Made by a program: the position numbers and the translations under genes
Part shown: positions 11,321-22,800 of the stretch, piece by piece
Numbering within the stretch: the stretch's first letter is position 1
How the letters are laid out: every line of letters begins with the position of its first letter
Assembly (NCBI GenBank): GCA_002081575.1
Contig: JNBS01000055.1
Coordinates: forward strand, 1 to 38,904
DNA length: 38,904 bases
DNA from: Thraustotheca clavata
Taxonomy: Eukaryota
Reading direction: 5' to 3'
Notes under the pieces: model-generated
Told to the model about the DNA's origin: nothing
Databases searched by the model: none
The model's input: only the letters and a program-made list of their open reading frames with translations

Positions 11321-14300
11321 ATGGAAAAGCGCGCGAAGAAGTACGTGACGTTAGCGGCAACGAGTCCGATCTTGCTTGAATCTGTGGATGAATGGAGGAA
11401 AGATGATGCGATGGAGACTCTGTTGCAGTGTACATTCATCGAAGATGGAGTGGTTCGTGGCCTGAGAGCAGGAAATCAAAGTCTCGTGAGAATTGTGTAT
11501 GAAATGAGTGGGAATGAAAAGTTTCTCGATGCTATGGTGCAATGCAAAGTATATTTGCTGTGTTGATGTACCATAGATGAATTCTGAAGACTTTGGTAAA
11601 GAATCAAATTCAATCAGATCAAATTGATAAAAGTTTGATGGTACGAAGATTTGCATGTTTGACATTGAATGGCTTTATAGACTCTATTAGTGCAAATAAT
11701 GCATTGTATATCTGTACGATTACAAGAGACTAATGCGCGAAAGGAATATTTGACAAATTATTTGACTGAAATGCTCGATTTACTTTGGAAACGATTTGTA
11801 TGTCTTTATCTGTGGTCACTGAAAACTCATTGATTAGGCAAGCGAAATAATATCAAACGAATGTTTATCTGTCAAGGTATTAAGTCCTTTGCAAGAAGGA
11901 ACTCTTTTATTAGTAATATTTAACTCCCAATCTTTTATTCCTAGTAAAATGGTTGTGAGTGATGTTATTCAGTTGGTGTCAATGTTTTTAAAAGCATCGC
12001 CAGATGAAAATACTGCGGTATCTTCAGTTTTATTATACATTGGAATCCACACACTATTGCCTATGGTTTCTAGTCTTGATGGGCTAAAAGAACGTCAAGA
12101 AGTAGTGATGAGCTGGCTTCATTTTATGGAAATAGCATCTCAAACAGATTCGTCAATGATGCTTCTTCTTCGACCTATCCATTGGCAATCAAAGTACAAT
12201 TTTTCATCTTCTATCCAAGGAAAAACATTTCTTGAGCTGCTTGCTTTAATTACACCTTTGGTGCAACTTGAAAAAACTTTATGGCTGCAACATTCCTTAC
12301 AACTTCGGGGTATTTGGCAGCTTTTTAAGATGCCGTATTTACCAGAAGCAGTATGGATTGCACTTGTTCCTTTCTTTGAATGGTATTTAGCTCTACCCAG
12401 CATTATTGAGACCGTGAAATCGATGGGTGTGACCGAAGTATTAGTAGCTATTGTTGATCGATTCTCAGCTTTAAGCATTCGCATACAATCTAATGCGATC
12501 CTCCCCATTGCTCGAATATTCAAAATTTTTGACATTTTAAGCTGCTTCAAAGACATATCAATTACTAAAAAGCATAGCTCATCATTGTTTTCATCAGCCT
12601 TAACCAAGGTATTCTGCAAATCTGACTTCTTATAGTATAATTTTATTATAGCTAACGGATGCCAGCTCTGATGGCAATTCAATTTTATCTATATTTCAAT
12701 TGATTCAATTGTGTTTGAAGATGAATAGCAACATAGCTTTCGAGCAACTTTTGTCCGCTGCAGCATCAAGTAGTTTTAAGTCGCCTTTGAGTCTTATCCT
12801 ATTGTTTCAAACATGCCAAGAACAATGCTGCATCTATAAATGTGGTAGAAATGAAGGTGCTATGCTTACTCCAGCCCAATGTAAAGAACTCGTTGACTCT
12901 TCACTCTCTTTATTTGATCAAATTAAAAGCAAACTCGAGTGGAAAGTAGCAATCGAATTTTCCCGTTTTCTACTTCATTTGATCAACTATCCCAGCAATA
13001 TTTTAACTGATGCTAACATAGTAAGTCAACACTCAACTATGTGTAATTAACTATGTTAGACGAAGATATCTGCATCGTGTTATCACATGTTGCTCATATT
13101 TGAAGGAAGCCCAAATGATGCCATATACTGTTACCAGTTGAGCGACACCCTTTATCGCATTCTTGCAGGGCTACCGATAAATCAACAGGCAATAAATGAT
13201 GCTGAAATCAACTCTGTACAAAATTTAATATCAACTCTTACCCAAATTCTTTGCACAATTCCAGCTACAGGGCTTTATGCTAGGCTCACATATCTAAATC
13301 AAGTAAATCCACGGTGAGATTTAAACAACTATCGATTGCTCCAATGCTATTTGCATGCCTTCAAACTATTCAAATGGTTTTAATTGTATTTGCCGAAGAT
13401 TTAACTACAAAAACCATAAATTTTTCGTCTTCAGCACGCATTGTAGATCAAACGTTGCTAGAAGATATTCGTTGTAGCCTGTACGACAACGCACTTCAGC
13501 TTTCAGTCTCTTCAAGTACTCCAATAAACTACTACTGGGAGCCTCAAGCCAAAATCTTATCTGGCACTACTCATGCATCAAGTACCGGCGAAGAACTAGT
13601 GCCATTCCAACAATTAATTAAACCACTTTTCAGCTTACTCGAGCAACTTTCAATTGCTTCTCTGCACCAAAATCCTTCGAGCTTAAGTGAAGAACAAAAA
13701 CATTTTAAAGGTATTCTACGGCTTTTATGTGCCATGCCTCAATTAGCCTTGAATGATTTTCAATACCTCATGGAATTAACGACATTGCTTTGGTACTCCT
13801 TAATTAGAATTGAATTAACTCATCAAAAGTTTACTAGGCGAGTCTCTGCAAGTTCTGGTACCTTAAACTGTGAGGAAATTAATAATGTGTCAGACGGAAA
13901 AATTTGGAGAGTTTGTGGTCGAATATTGCGAGTTTACACTGGTCTTTTAAAGCACAGCCAACAATGCTTTAACGTTGAAAATGCTAACATAATTGCATCA
14001 ATATGTTGGAAAATTTGCTGTGGTCTCTTACCCTGCATTAAATGTTTGGGATTGCTTAAAGAATGGCAAGTTAAAACCAAACATGATTACAAGAGTGTAC
14101 TACAAACTCTTGTCTCGTGTTTAAGTTGGTGTCTCGAGTTAAATGACAGCAATATTCAATTGCTCTGTACACTATTGCTCAATATGCTGGTAAAGCCATG
14201 ATTCTTTCTACTCTCAAACCTTCTGATAGAGTTCTATCATGAACAAATTTATCATTCAAACAAAATTGCTCGTACGAAATCAAGTTCATCATTTTTTAGA

Positions 14301-14560
14301 TTTACTATCGCGATTGCAAACAACATCAGAAAGTTCGAGTTGTGTTCATGACATTTTAAGTCTACTTTCATTTTCTGCAATGCCAACTCAAAAGTAATTT
14401 TCAATTTCTATTCATTTCTAATTATTATTCAAGCGAAATTTACGCCTCGTACACTCAATTCTGTCAAAGACGAGAGCTTACAATTCCAATTGAAAAATCC
14501 ATTGAAAATGAACTTAACGCAGCATATATGAATTATTTATTCTCACTTGATACATTTTAG
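11321..14560 (+). CDS. Multi-exon hypothetical protein, Leu-rich and probably alpha-helical (ARM/HEAT-like)
   Basis: A chain of + strand ORFs (11321-11566, 11889-12635, 12700-13050, 13087-13317, 13314-14201) is separated by ~40-nt GT-AG segments. The last exon reads ...SIENELNAAYMNYLFSLDTF* (TAG 14558-14560). No family motif recognised. Confidence 0.6.
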
Positions 14561-14638
14561 TTTACTACACAATTATCTAAGTTGCTACTTTATACCGTCA
14601 TTGTATTGGCTGAATTTATTGTATTTATTACCCAATCG

Positions 14639-16818
14639 ATGGACGAATTGCGAGCACTACAAGCTGAGCTGGCAGCGGCACAACGCGGCGATGGCCGTAG
14701 ACTTAAGCTCTCAGAGCATCACGTCGTGGATCTAATAATAAAGATGCAGAAGCTTGGAAAGGTTGAGCTTATTTACACGCTTGATGCCAAGGCTGTGTTA
14801 ACACCCAAGCAATTAAACCGAGAAATTCATGATATGTTGCTTCGGCAAATGGGGCGTGTGACGCTCACAGATCTTTACCAAGGAATTAATGTTGATATTA
14901 GCTACATTGAGAACGAATGCAAAGCTATTGCACAGAGTTCGTCTGATGTTAGCTTTATTGGGGGCGAATTAATTGCTGAATGGTATCTGGATGGGATTAT
15001 GGAAGATATGAATGAAGCTTTGCAAGCAACTGGACATGTATAATTGGGTATTTACTCTATCTAATAAGGTATTAGGTCACAATGGGCGATTTGGCATTGC
15101 AGTATGGATTTACAGTAGAATTTATGGCTTCGGTGGTTGCTTCTCGCCTTGGAAGCATCATTAAGGCAGAGATAAAAAGCAATACTTTGTACACACAATC
15201 ATTTGTAGCTCGTCAAGGTGCAAGAATTCGTGGTATTTTCTCTGCAATTACAAGACCTGTGGCTCTTCCCGAGGTTAGATACATTGAAAAGTTGTCATAT
15301 TTACCTGTTGACCTGTTATAGATTGTAGCGATTTCGGGAATTGATGAACCTACCATTGCTAACGCAATAGCTCATTTTATTGAATGTAAAAGCTTAAATG
15401 GAACACTGCGTGGCCGAGAATATGTTCCTCAAATCTTTTTAGACACTCAAAGACGTTTAATATTTGACTTTTTCACGTCAAATGGATATCTACCTTATTC
15501 AATGGCACACCAACTTCATATTCAAAGACCATTTGACTATTTGAAAAAAGATTTTCCTGATGCAATTGCCCTTCGCAATATTGCTGTGAGTCACCAAATG
15601 CTGCTTCAAGTAGAGAGCGCAGTAGATGAAGCCATTCAAGAACAAAGTTGGGTCGATGGACGATCTATTTTTCCAGCAACTATATCTGATAGTGATATTT
15701 CAGAGCTTTTTTCAAAATGCTCTGCCTTAAAAAGCACCAAGAAGCCCAACAGCGCGATTCAAATTGATCAAGTGTATATTGCAAGCTCTGGTTTTCTTAA
15801 CTCTGTGCTTGAAAAGTTTCATGAACATGCCATTGAAAAGGCAGATAAAGCTGCACTTGATATTATCCAACTCAAAACACAGCATAAAGACAATAAAAAT
15901 CCCCGCAAGAACCAAAAGAAATCCCACACGGTTTATGATCCATTGAGTATTGTGCCATTTAAAGAAGACATGGAGCAGCTCATATTAAGTTGGCTCGAGT
16001 GCTGTCATGACGAAGATGAGTTTGTTGGGGGTCTTGTCAATGAAATTTTTCAACGTGTTGCCGATATTTATGAATCCGCTCTTGACAAAGCGATTCATGC
16101 GATTCATCGAGGTGGCTCGACAACCAAACATGACCTTGAAGCTCTGTTTGAAAGCCGATTTGACACACTTCATGTACAATTACATTGTTTGCAAAAAGGG
16201 CTTCAAAAGCTTCAAAATGTTGCTAAAGAAGATGCAGACGTGATTCAAGAGCACGTCATGACATCAACAGCTCTTATTTTGTGCAATCTTGTGCTTTCGT
16301 TTGTCAAAGATGTTTTTGAAGTCCCGTTAAACAATGTAGCATCACTGAATGATACACCAATTTTGGTAAAAACCTTGAGCAGCGCACATATCTCGTTGCT
16401 TGAAAAACACACTTCAATTGCCTCTGAAATCATACAATTGTGGTCTATTCGGGATTTGGGTGAATTTATCATATATTTAAGTACCTTGGCTAATGCACTG
16501 AGCATGCCACTTCAAAAATGTGATCGAAAAAAGGAACGTGCAGTGCAAACAGCATTAAAAAATGATCTTGATCAAAGAATTCACGAAGCCAAAGCAGATC
16601 TTCCGGTATTAATTCTTCACGCCATGTTTCTGAATGTAACCAATCTTGCGATTGATATCACAACCAAAGACGAAGTCATATCTACAATGCTTAACGCACT
16701 GCGTTCACATATTCCAGGCCATGTACTAAATTTGGTACAAGAATCCATAAAAAAAGACGAACTTACTGACAAGGATAAACAAAAACTTTTAGCTTTGGCT
16801 GATGCTAAACAATTTTAA
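14639..16818 (+). CDS. UFL1: E3 UFM1-protein ligase 1 (3 exons; introns 15038-15075, 15274-15321)
   Basis: N-terminus MDELRALQAELAAAQ...KLSEHHVVDLIIK...LIYTLDAKAVLTPKQL.REI...GRVTLTDL...NVD, then ARIRGIFSAITRP and a C-terminal DRKKER motif, all characteristic of UFL1. Confidence 0.92.
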
Positions 16819-19800
16819 GTGTTCTCAGCCCATGTTAAGTGGAATAGTAGGCATTCTTCATTTTGATCTTGGTGATCGTTGATGAATAAATATACTTTCT
16901 TTGTACACGGCACTGAGTGTGGTGTAAATGCAAGGCGTAGAAATCCATCTCCATTTCCACGTAGCATGATACGTTGTTCTCGAGGCTTCATGACACTTGA
17001 ATCACTACTTCTCAAGTAGAAACTTCGATCATCATCCCATGGATTATAATATGATATTTTCTATCGTGTAAATGAGATTATGATGGAAAGTAATAATACT
17101 TTTAGAACAGGGAGTCCAAGTGGCAATATCACATCGAATACTTTAGTCACTACTGGTTCTTGCACTGTTGTGTTTAATAACCACGATCCCACCAATTCAT
17201 GATTGTCCACATCTATTTGCATTTGAATTGAAATCGGAAACAAAGAAACAAGTACCAACTAAATTTACAATGATTTCTTTTGATCGAATATGCATTGTAC
17301 AGAATCGGACCTCAATTCGATTAAATGCATGAGGGACTAGTTGAAATACACCACTTGGATTAAACTACATGGATATGAATAACAATCTTCCATATAAATT
17401 ACCTGAAGCTCTGATGGCATGGAACTAAAGCAAGACACACGTCGGGGCATCGTATCTCCTTTAATAATAAGTTCATTTTGCACACCTTGCCCCATTGTTG
17501 CATGTAAATCGAGTCTATGATATCCATGAGAGAAATAACTTTGTAAAGGTAAGCACCGTAACATGGATTGAATCAGTATTCGCCATATTTCATTCAGTTT
17601 GGCATGATACATATCATCATATAGGAGAAGATAAAATTCACCACTTTTAGGGTATTCTCCAACACGATACTTGATGAAAATATCTTGAGGAGCACTTGAA
17701 CGCTAAAGAGACAATTTAACATACTTGTAGTACAAAGTTTTGTACCTCAATAGGTCGTGTTTCAACAATAACATTGGTATCAGGGCACATGATGAATTTT
17801 TCTTGAATTTGATTGCCTTGATCGATAGAAGGAAGCCATTTTAAACATCGACGAAGAATTGCCATCGAGTAATGATAAAATCTGTATGTTCGATGGCATA
17901 CAAAAGACGCTGGGTGTATGTGAAGTTGAATAACAGCAATAACATGCCCGTGAGCTACACTTTTAATCGCAATTGGAATCATTCGAGTCTTTGTACGTAA
18001 ACGAAGTGAAAGGAATCGAAATGGGATAACAACACTGTCTCCACCGTCCAGAAGAATTTCATTCATTTCGTCAATCATTTCACGTTCAATTTCGAATGAA
18101 GGTGCATGAGGAAATTCGGCTGCTCTTGCAACATGTTCACGATAATATATCCATTCATTTGTATCAGTCACAAGTTGTAATTCCTCATCACTCCACTCAA
18201 CACGAAATCTCTCAGCATGCCCATACGGGCTTCTTACAGGCACTTCGAGAAATACCATAGTCCCAAACATTGGATAAATGTGAACTGTGGTGGTAACATG
18301 GTCCTTGAGAAGATTTTGAATCAAAGCTTTTTTGTGACCTTCTCGATAGTACTGAACAATTTGTAGCATTTTCTTCTTTTGAGCCAAAAATTCTTCTACT
18401 GCTTGGTTAGAGTACTCTGTCTTGCGGCTGTTAGACATTGACGCTGCTATCATAAGTTCTTGCTGGGCTCGAGTTGTTGGGTTCTTTTGTTGAGATCGTT
18501 TGTATTGACGTAATCTTTCTAATTGACGGGCATAAACTTTGTCATGCATGATAGATGGAGCATCAACAGCATACCCAGTAGTTCCCAAGTCATCAATTAA
18601 TGATAAACCAAGCTCCATAAGAAATTCGACAAAGTGTACACGAAGGATCTCGCTTGACTTGTTTTCCATGTATTTGGTAAGCAGTGAGTTTGGTCGAACT
18701 CCTCTTGCAATGGCAGCAATGGCTGCTTGACGTACTTTCATTTCAACCAAACGAATATTTGCTTCTGGACTAAACCGATATTCAACTTCGGGTCTCAAAC
18801 CACTTCGTTGGCTTGGTAAAGTATTAACTGGTGCTTTTGTTTCCTCTAAACCACTCCGTTGACTGGGTAAAGTATTGACTGGCGCTTTTGGTTCCTCTTT
18901 GGGCGTATTTTTTGGTTGTTCTTTAATATCAACAACTGCCTTAACTTTTGGGTTTGTAGCTTTTGCTAGTACACTAGTTTGTTTTCGTACAACTGAAGGC
19001 CTTTTCGACAGTGTTGTTGGTACCGTATCATTTTCTTTTTTAGTTGGTTCTTTCATGTCCAATTTTTGTTGTTCGACAGGGCTTTCAATTCTCTCAAGAT
19101 TAAGCTTTGGGATATCAGGCTTTGTAGCTATAGCTGGTTCACTTTCCTTCATAGTGTCTGGCGGATGTTGACTTTCATTTGATGGGGTATTTGATGTTTT
19201 TGTCTCTGTTGCATTGACAACTTTACGTGATGAGCCCAAGCTTGATTGTGATTTGGCTAAGGGAGGTTTTCTAGCTGGAGCATATAATTTTTTGAACTCG
19301 ATCAAAGATATTGTTCCGCTCTTATCTTTATCCAGCCAAGCTTTGATTTCTCCAATGTCATTCTCGGATATCTTTTCCAGACCGAGTTCGAGAATACCAG
19401 TGTCAAACTCTTCGTACGTAATAGTTCCATTGCCATCCTTGTCAAAGTGGGCAAACGCTTTATCTATGTTGATGCCTTTTTCTTTTGCTCGCTGAAGTAG
19501 ACCTTTTAGTGCATCAATAGCTGGGTTACTTGTAGAAGCTGCGTTGGTGGTATTTGATGGTATTGCAGAAGCAGATTTCACTTCAGTGTCGGTATTTGTC
19601 TTGGCTGATGGTTTAGCCACCGAAGGGCGTCTTGTTGGTTCTTTTTGCCATGGCTTTCGCTTACTTGCGTCAGAATCACTGCCTCTCGAGGAAGTAGAAG
19701 GCTTTTTTACCAATCGAGGTTTGGCATGCAACTTTTTGATACCTAGTAGCGATATAGTGCCAGCTTTGTTTTCATCCAAGTAAACACTTAAACTTTTTGT

Positions 19801-22800
19801 ATCATCACTTGACCATTCACTAAGTTGTAAGGATTGTAACCCAGCAGAAAAATTTTCCACTGAAATTATTCCAGTGCCTTCTTTATCGTATTGCTCAAAA
19901 GCTTGATCAATGTTAAATCCACTTGATTTTAGACCTGATAACAAACGACAAAGTTTTTCTAAACACGCAGGAGCTACACGTTCAGAATCTGAAGGTAATG
20001 GAGTTGCCACTGGAGCTGGTGTGTCTTCGACCACAGGAAAGAATAACTTTTTTAAACTTTGAAGAGATATCATGTCATTTTGAGATATCTTTTCTCGTAC
20101 TTGGGCAAGCTCAGCTTCTTGTAAACTGTTCACTCCAAGATCAGTCAATGCTATTTCAAAATCAGCCATCGAAATGCAATTATTGACAGCTTTGTATTGT
20201 CCAAACACTTTGTCAAATTCAGCGCAATGTTTTATAGCACCTCGCATAATTTCTTGAAAGCGTTCAATAGCATCCTCTTTAACTGCTCCTTGCGATGGTG
20301 ATCGAGAAACTTGTTTGCTCTCTGCTGATTTACTTGGTATCTCACTTAGTAAATTCAAAAGCTTTGCTAGTTGAATACTTGAGTTGTTTGTTGGATCGAG
20401 CACTTGTTTTATTTTCACCACATCAGATTCAACGAGGTTTTTTATATCGAGCTCTATAAGAGCAGCATCAAAATCATTAAATGCAATCGAGCCATTTCCA
20501 TCGGTATCAAAAGCCGATAGTACTTTAGGTACATCTAAACCACGTTTTCCTGCATCTAGTAGCCCAACACGTAGTTTCTCCTGATAATCCTCACTAGAGT
20601 TTTGGGTTTTTATTTCCTTTGATGACGGCTGTTTCTTCAACATAGGAGACCCTTTTTGTTGCTTTGCTTCTTGATTTATTTGATCATCCTTCACATCATT
20701 GTTATTTTGCACATCAGCTTTCCGTGATTCATTTTGTTGCAATGAGTAAAGTGCTTTAAATTCAACCAAAGATATTGTTCCAGTTCCATCCTTGTCAAGT
20801 GATTTATGTATATCTTGAATATCATCTTCTGATGTGCCATCAAACCCAAGGGCTTCTAAGCCTTTTGCAAATTCTTCATAAGTGATTAGACCATCTCCAT
20901 CAGTGTCAAAGTGAGTAAAAGCGTGTTCAAAGTCGACATTCTTAAGTTTGGCGCATTGCAACAAAATTTTTAATCGAACAAGGGGCCTAAAGCATTGTTC
21001 CTTTAAATCATCAAGCGGTATTTTTCCCTTTTCATTTTTGTCAAGCTGTTTATGAAGAATGGATAGATAACTTAGTAAAATTTCAGGCTGATCCAAAGCT
21101 GTAATTGCCGCGTCGAATTCTGCATAGGTAATAACATTATCACCATCCTCGTCGTATTCCTTGAAAATTTTCCAAGCATCAATTCCTTTTTGGGCAGCCT
21201 TCAGCATACAGATTTCAAACTTTTCCAATACGACTGAAGCCCCGGCATTATTGCTATCCTTTTTGCTGTAAAGCTGCTTAAACTCTGCGAGTGAAATAGA
21301 ACCGCTGTTATCAGTGTCTAAATGCTTCCGTATCACAGATAAGTCTTGTGACGTAAGATTGGCAAACTTAAGCTCAGCCATGCCAGAGTCAAACTCTGAA
21401 TATGTGATTTTTCCATCACCATCTTTATCAAAGTGAGAGAAAGAAGCATCGATATCGACACCACGGGCTTTAGCCTTTTCAAGAAAATCTTGAAGCTGTT
21501 TTATCGGCGATTCCGCAACTGCAGGCAGTATTGGTTCTGTAGCTTTTGGTGTAGATGAAGGATATAGGGATTGAAATTCTGACAGTGAAATTTCACCACT
21601 AGTGTCCTTGTCTAGAGTATTACAGATAAATGCAATATCATCAGTACTCAATGAAGTAAATCCCAATTCTGCCAATGCTTGATCAAATTCAGCGTGACTA
21701 ATTGATCCGTTGCCATCTTTATCAAAGTGCTTGAAGGCGTCTTGAACATTTACACCTTTGTCACTGGCCCGAATGAAGAGATCCTTTAATTTCTCGATAG
21801 GGGGCATTTGAATAATAGCACTCTCTGAACTATCGGAATATCCCAAAAATGTCTTGAACTCTTTTAGAGTAACCTCACCGGTTTGATCTTGGTTTATTGC
21901 AGTAAAAAGTTGAGTCAGGTCATGCTTTGAAGCTTGAGTAAAATTTAATGCGCCCATACCAATGCAAAATTCTTGTTGTGTAAAAAAGCCGTGGTTTTGA
22001 TTGTCAAAGTGGTTAAATGACTGAGTGAGTGGCACACCTTGCTCAGTTGCTTTAGCAATTAAAGCTCGAAATTGGGTTTCAATAGGCACAACTTGGGTCT
22101 TTGGTAGCCCTATAAACTGCCTGAACTCGTCAAGGGATATCGACTTTGACTGATCTTTATCCAAATGAGCAAGAATGTCTTTAATGTCTTGTTGTGTCCA
22201 CGTCTGAGAGCCAAGGCTACGTAGAGCTTGTTCAAAGTCTTCATAGCTGACAAGATTAGAGTTGGTTTTGTCAAAATGTGCAAATGCGTTAGCGACATCT
22301 ACCCCTTGAGCGATTGCCTTGGTTAACATTGTCTTCAATCTTACGTGAGCAGCATCATTCTTCTTCATTTGAGCTTGAGTACGAGGCGTTGCTAGTTGGA
22401 TAAACTCATAGAAATCAATTTGTCCATCTTTGTTTTTGTCCAAGTGAGCCACAATTGAATCTATCATTTCAGCGTTGATATCTGAAAATCCAAGTTCCTT
22501 CAAGGCCGATGCAAATTCAGTGCTGGAAATTTGTTTGCTTTTATCTTTGTCAAAATGGCCGAAACATTGAGCAAGATCCATTCCACGATTAGCAGCTTCA
22601 GCAAATAAGGTCTTAAGCTGTTGTTCAATAGGCTTTGCAATGACTTCTGCCGTGTTGCTGCCAAAGCAAAAGTGAAGCAGCTCCTTGTACGAGATTTGTC
22701 CATTTCCATCGCTATCAAGTTTTTTCATGACTCGTTTGAGGTCACCATTAGATATTGGACAATGCAATGAATTCAAAGCTGCTTGCAACTCTTTGGCTGT

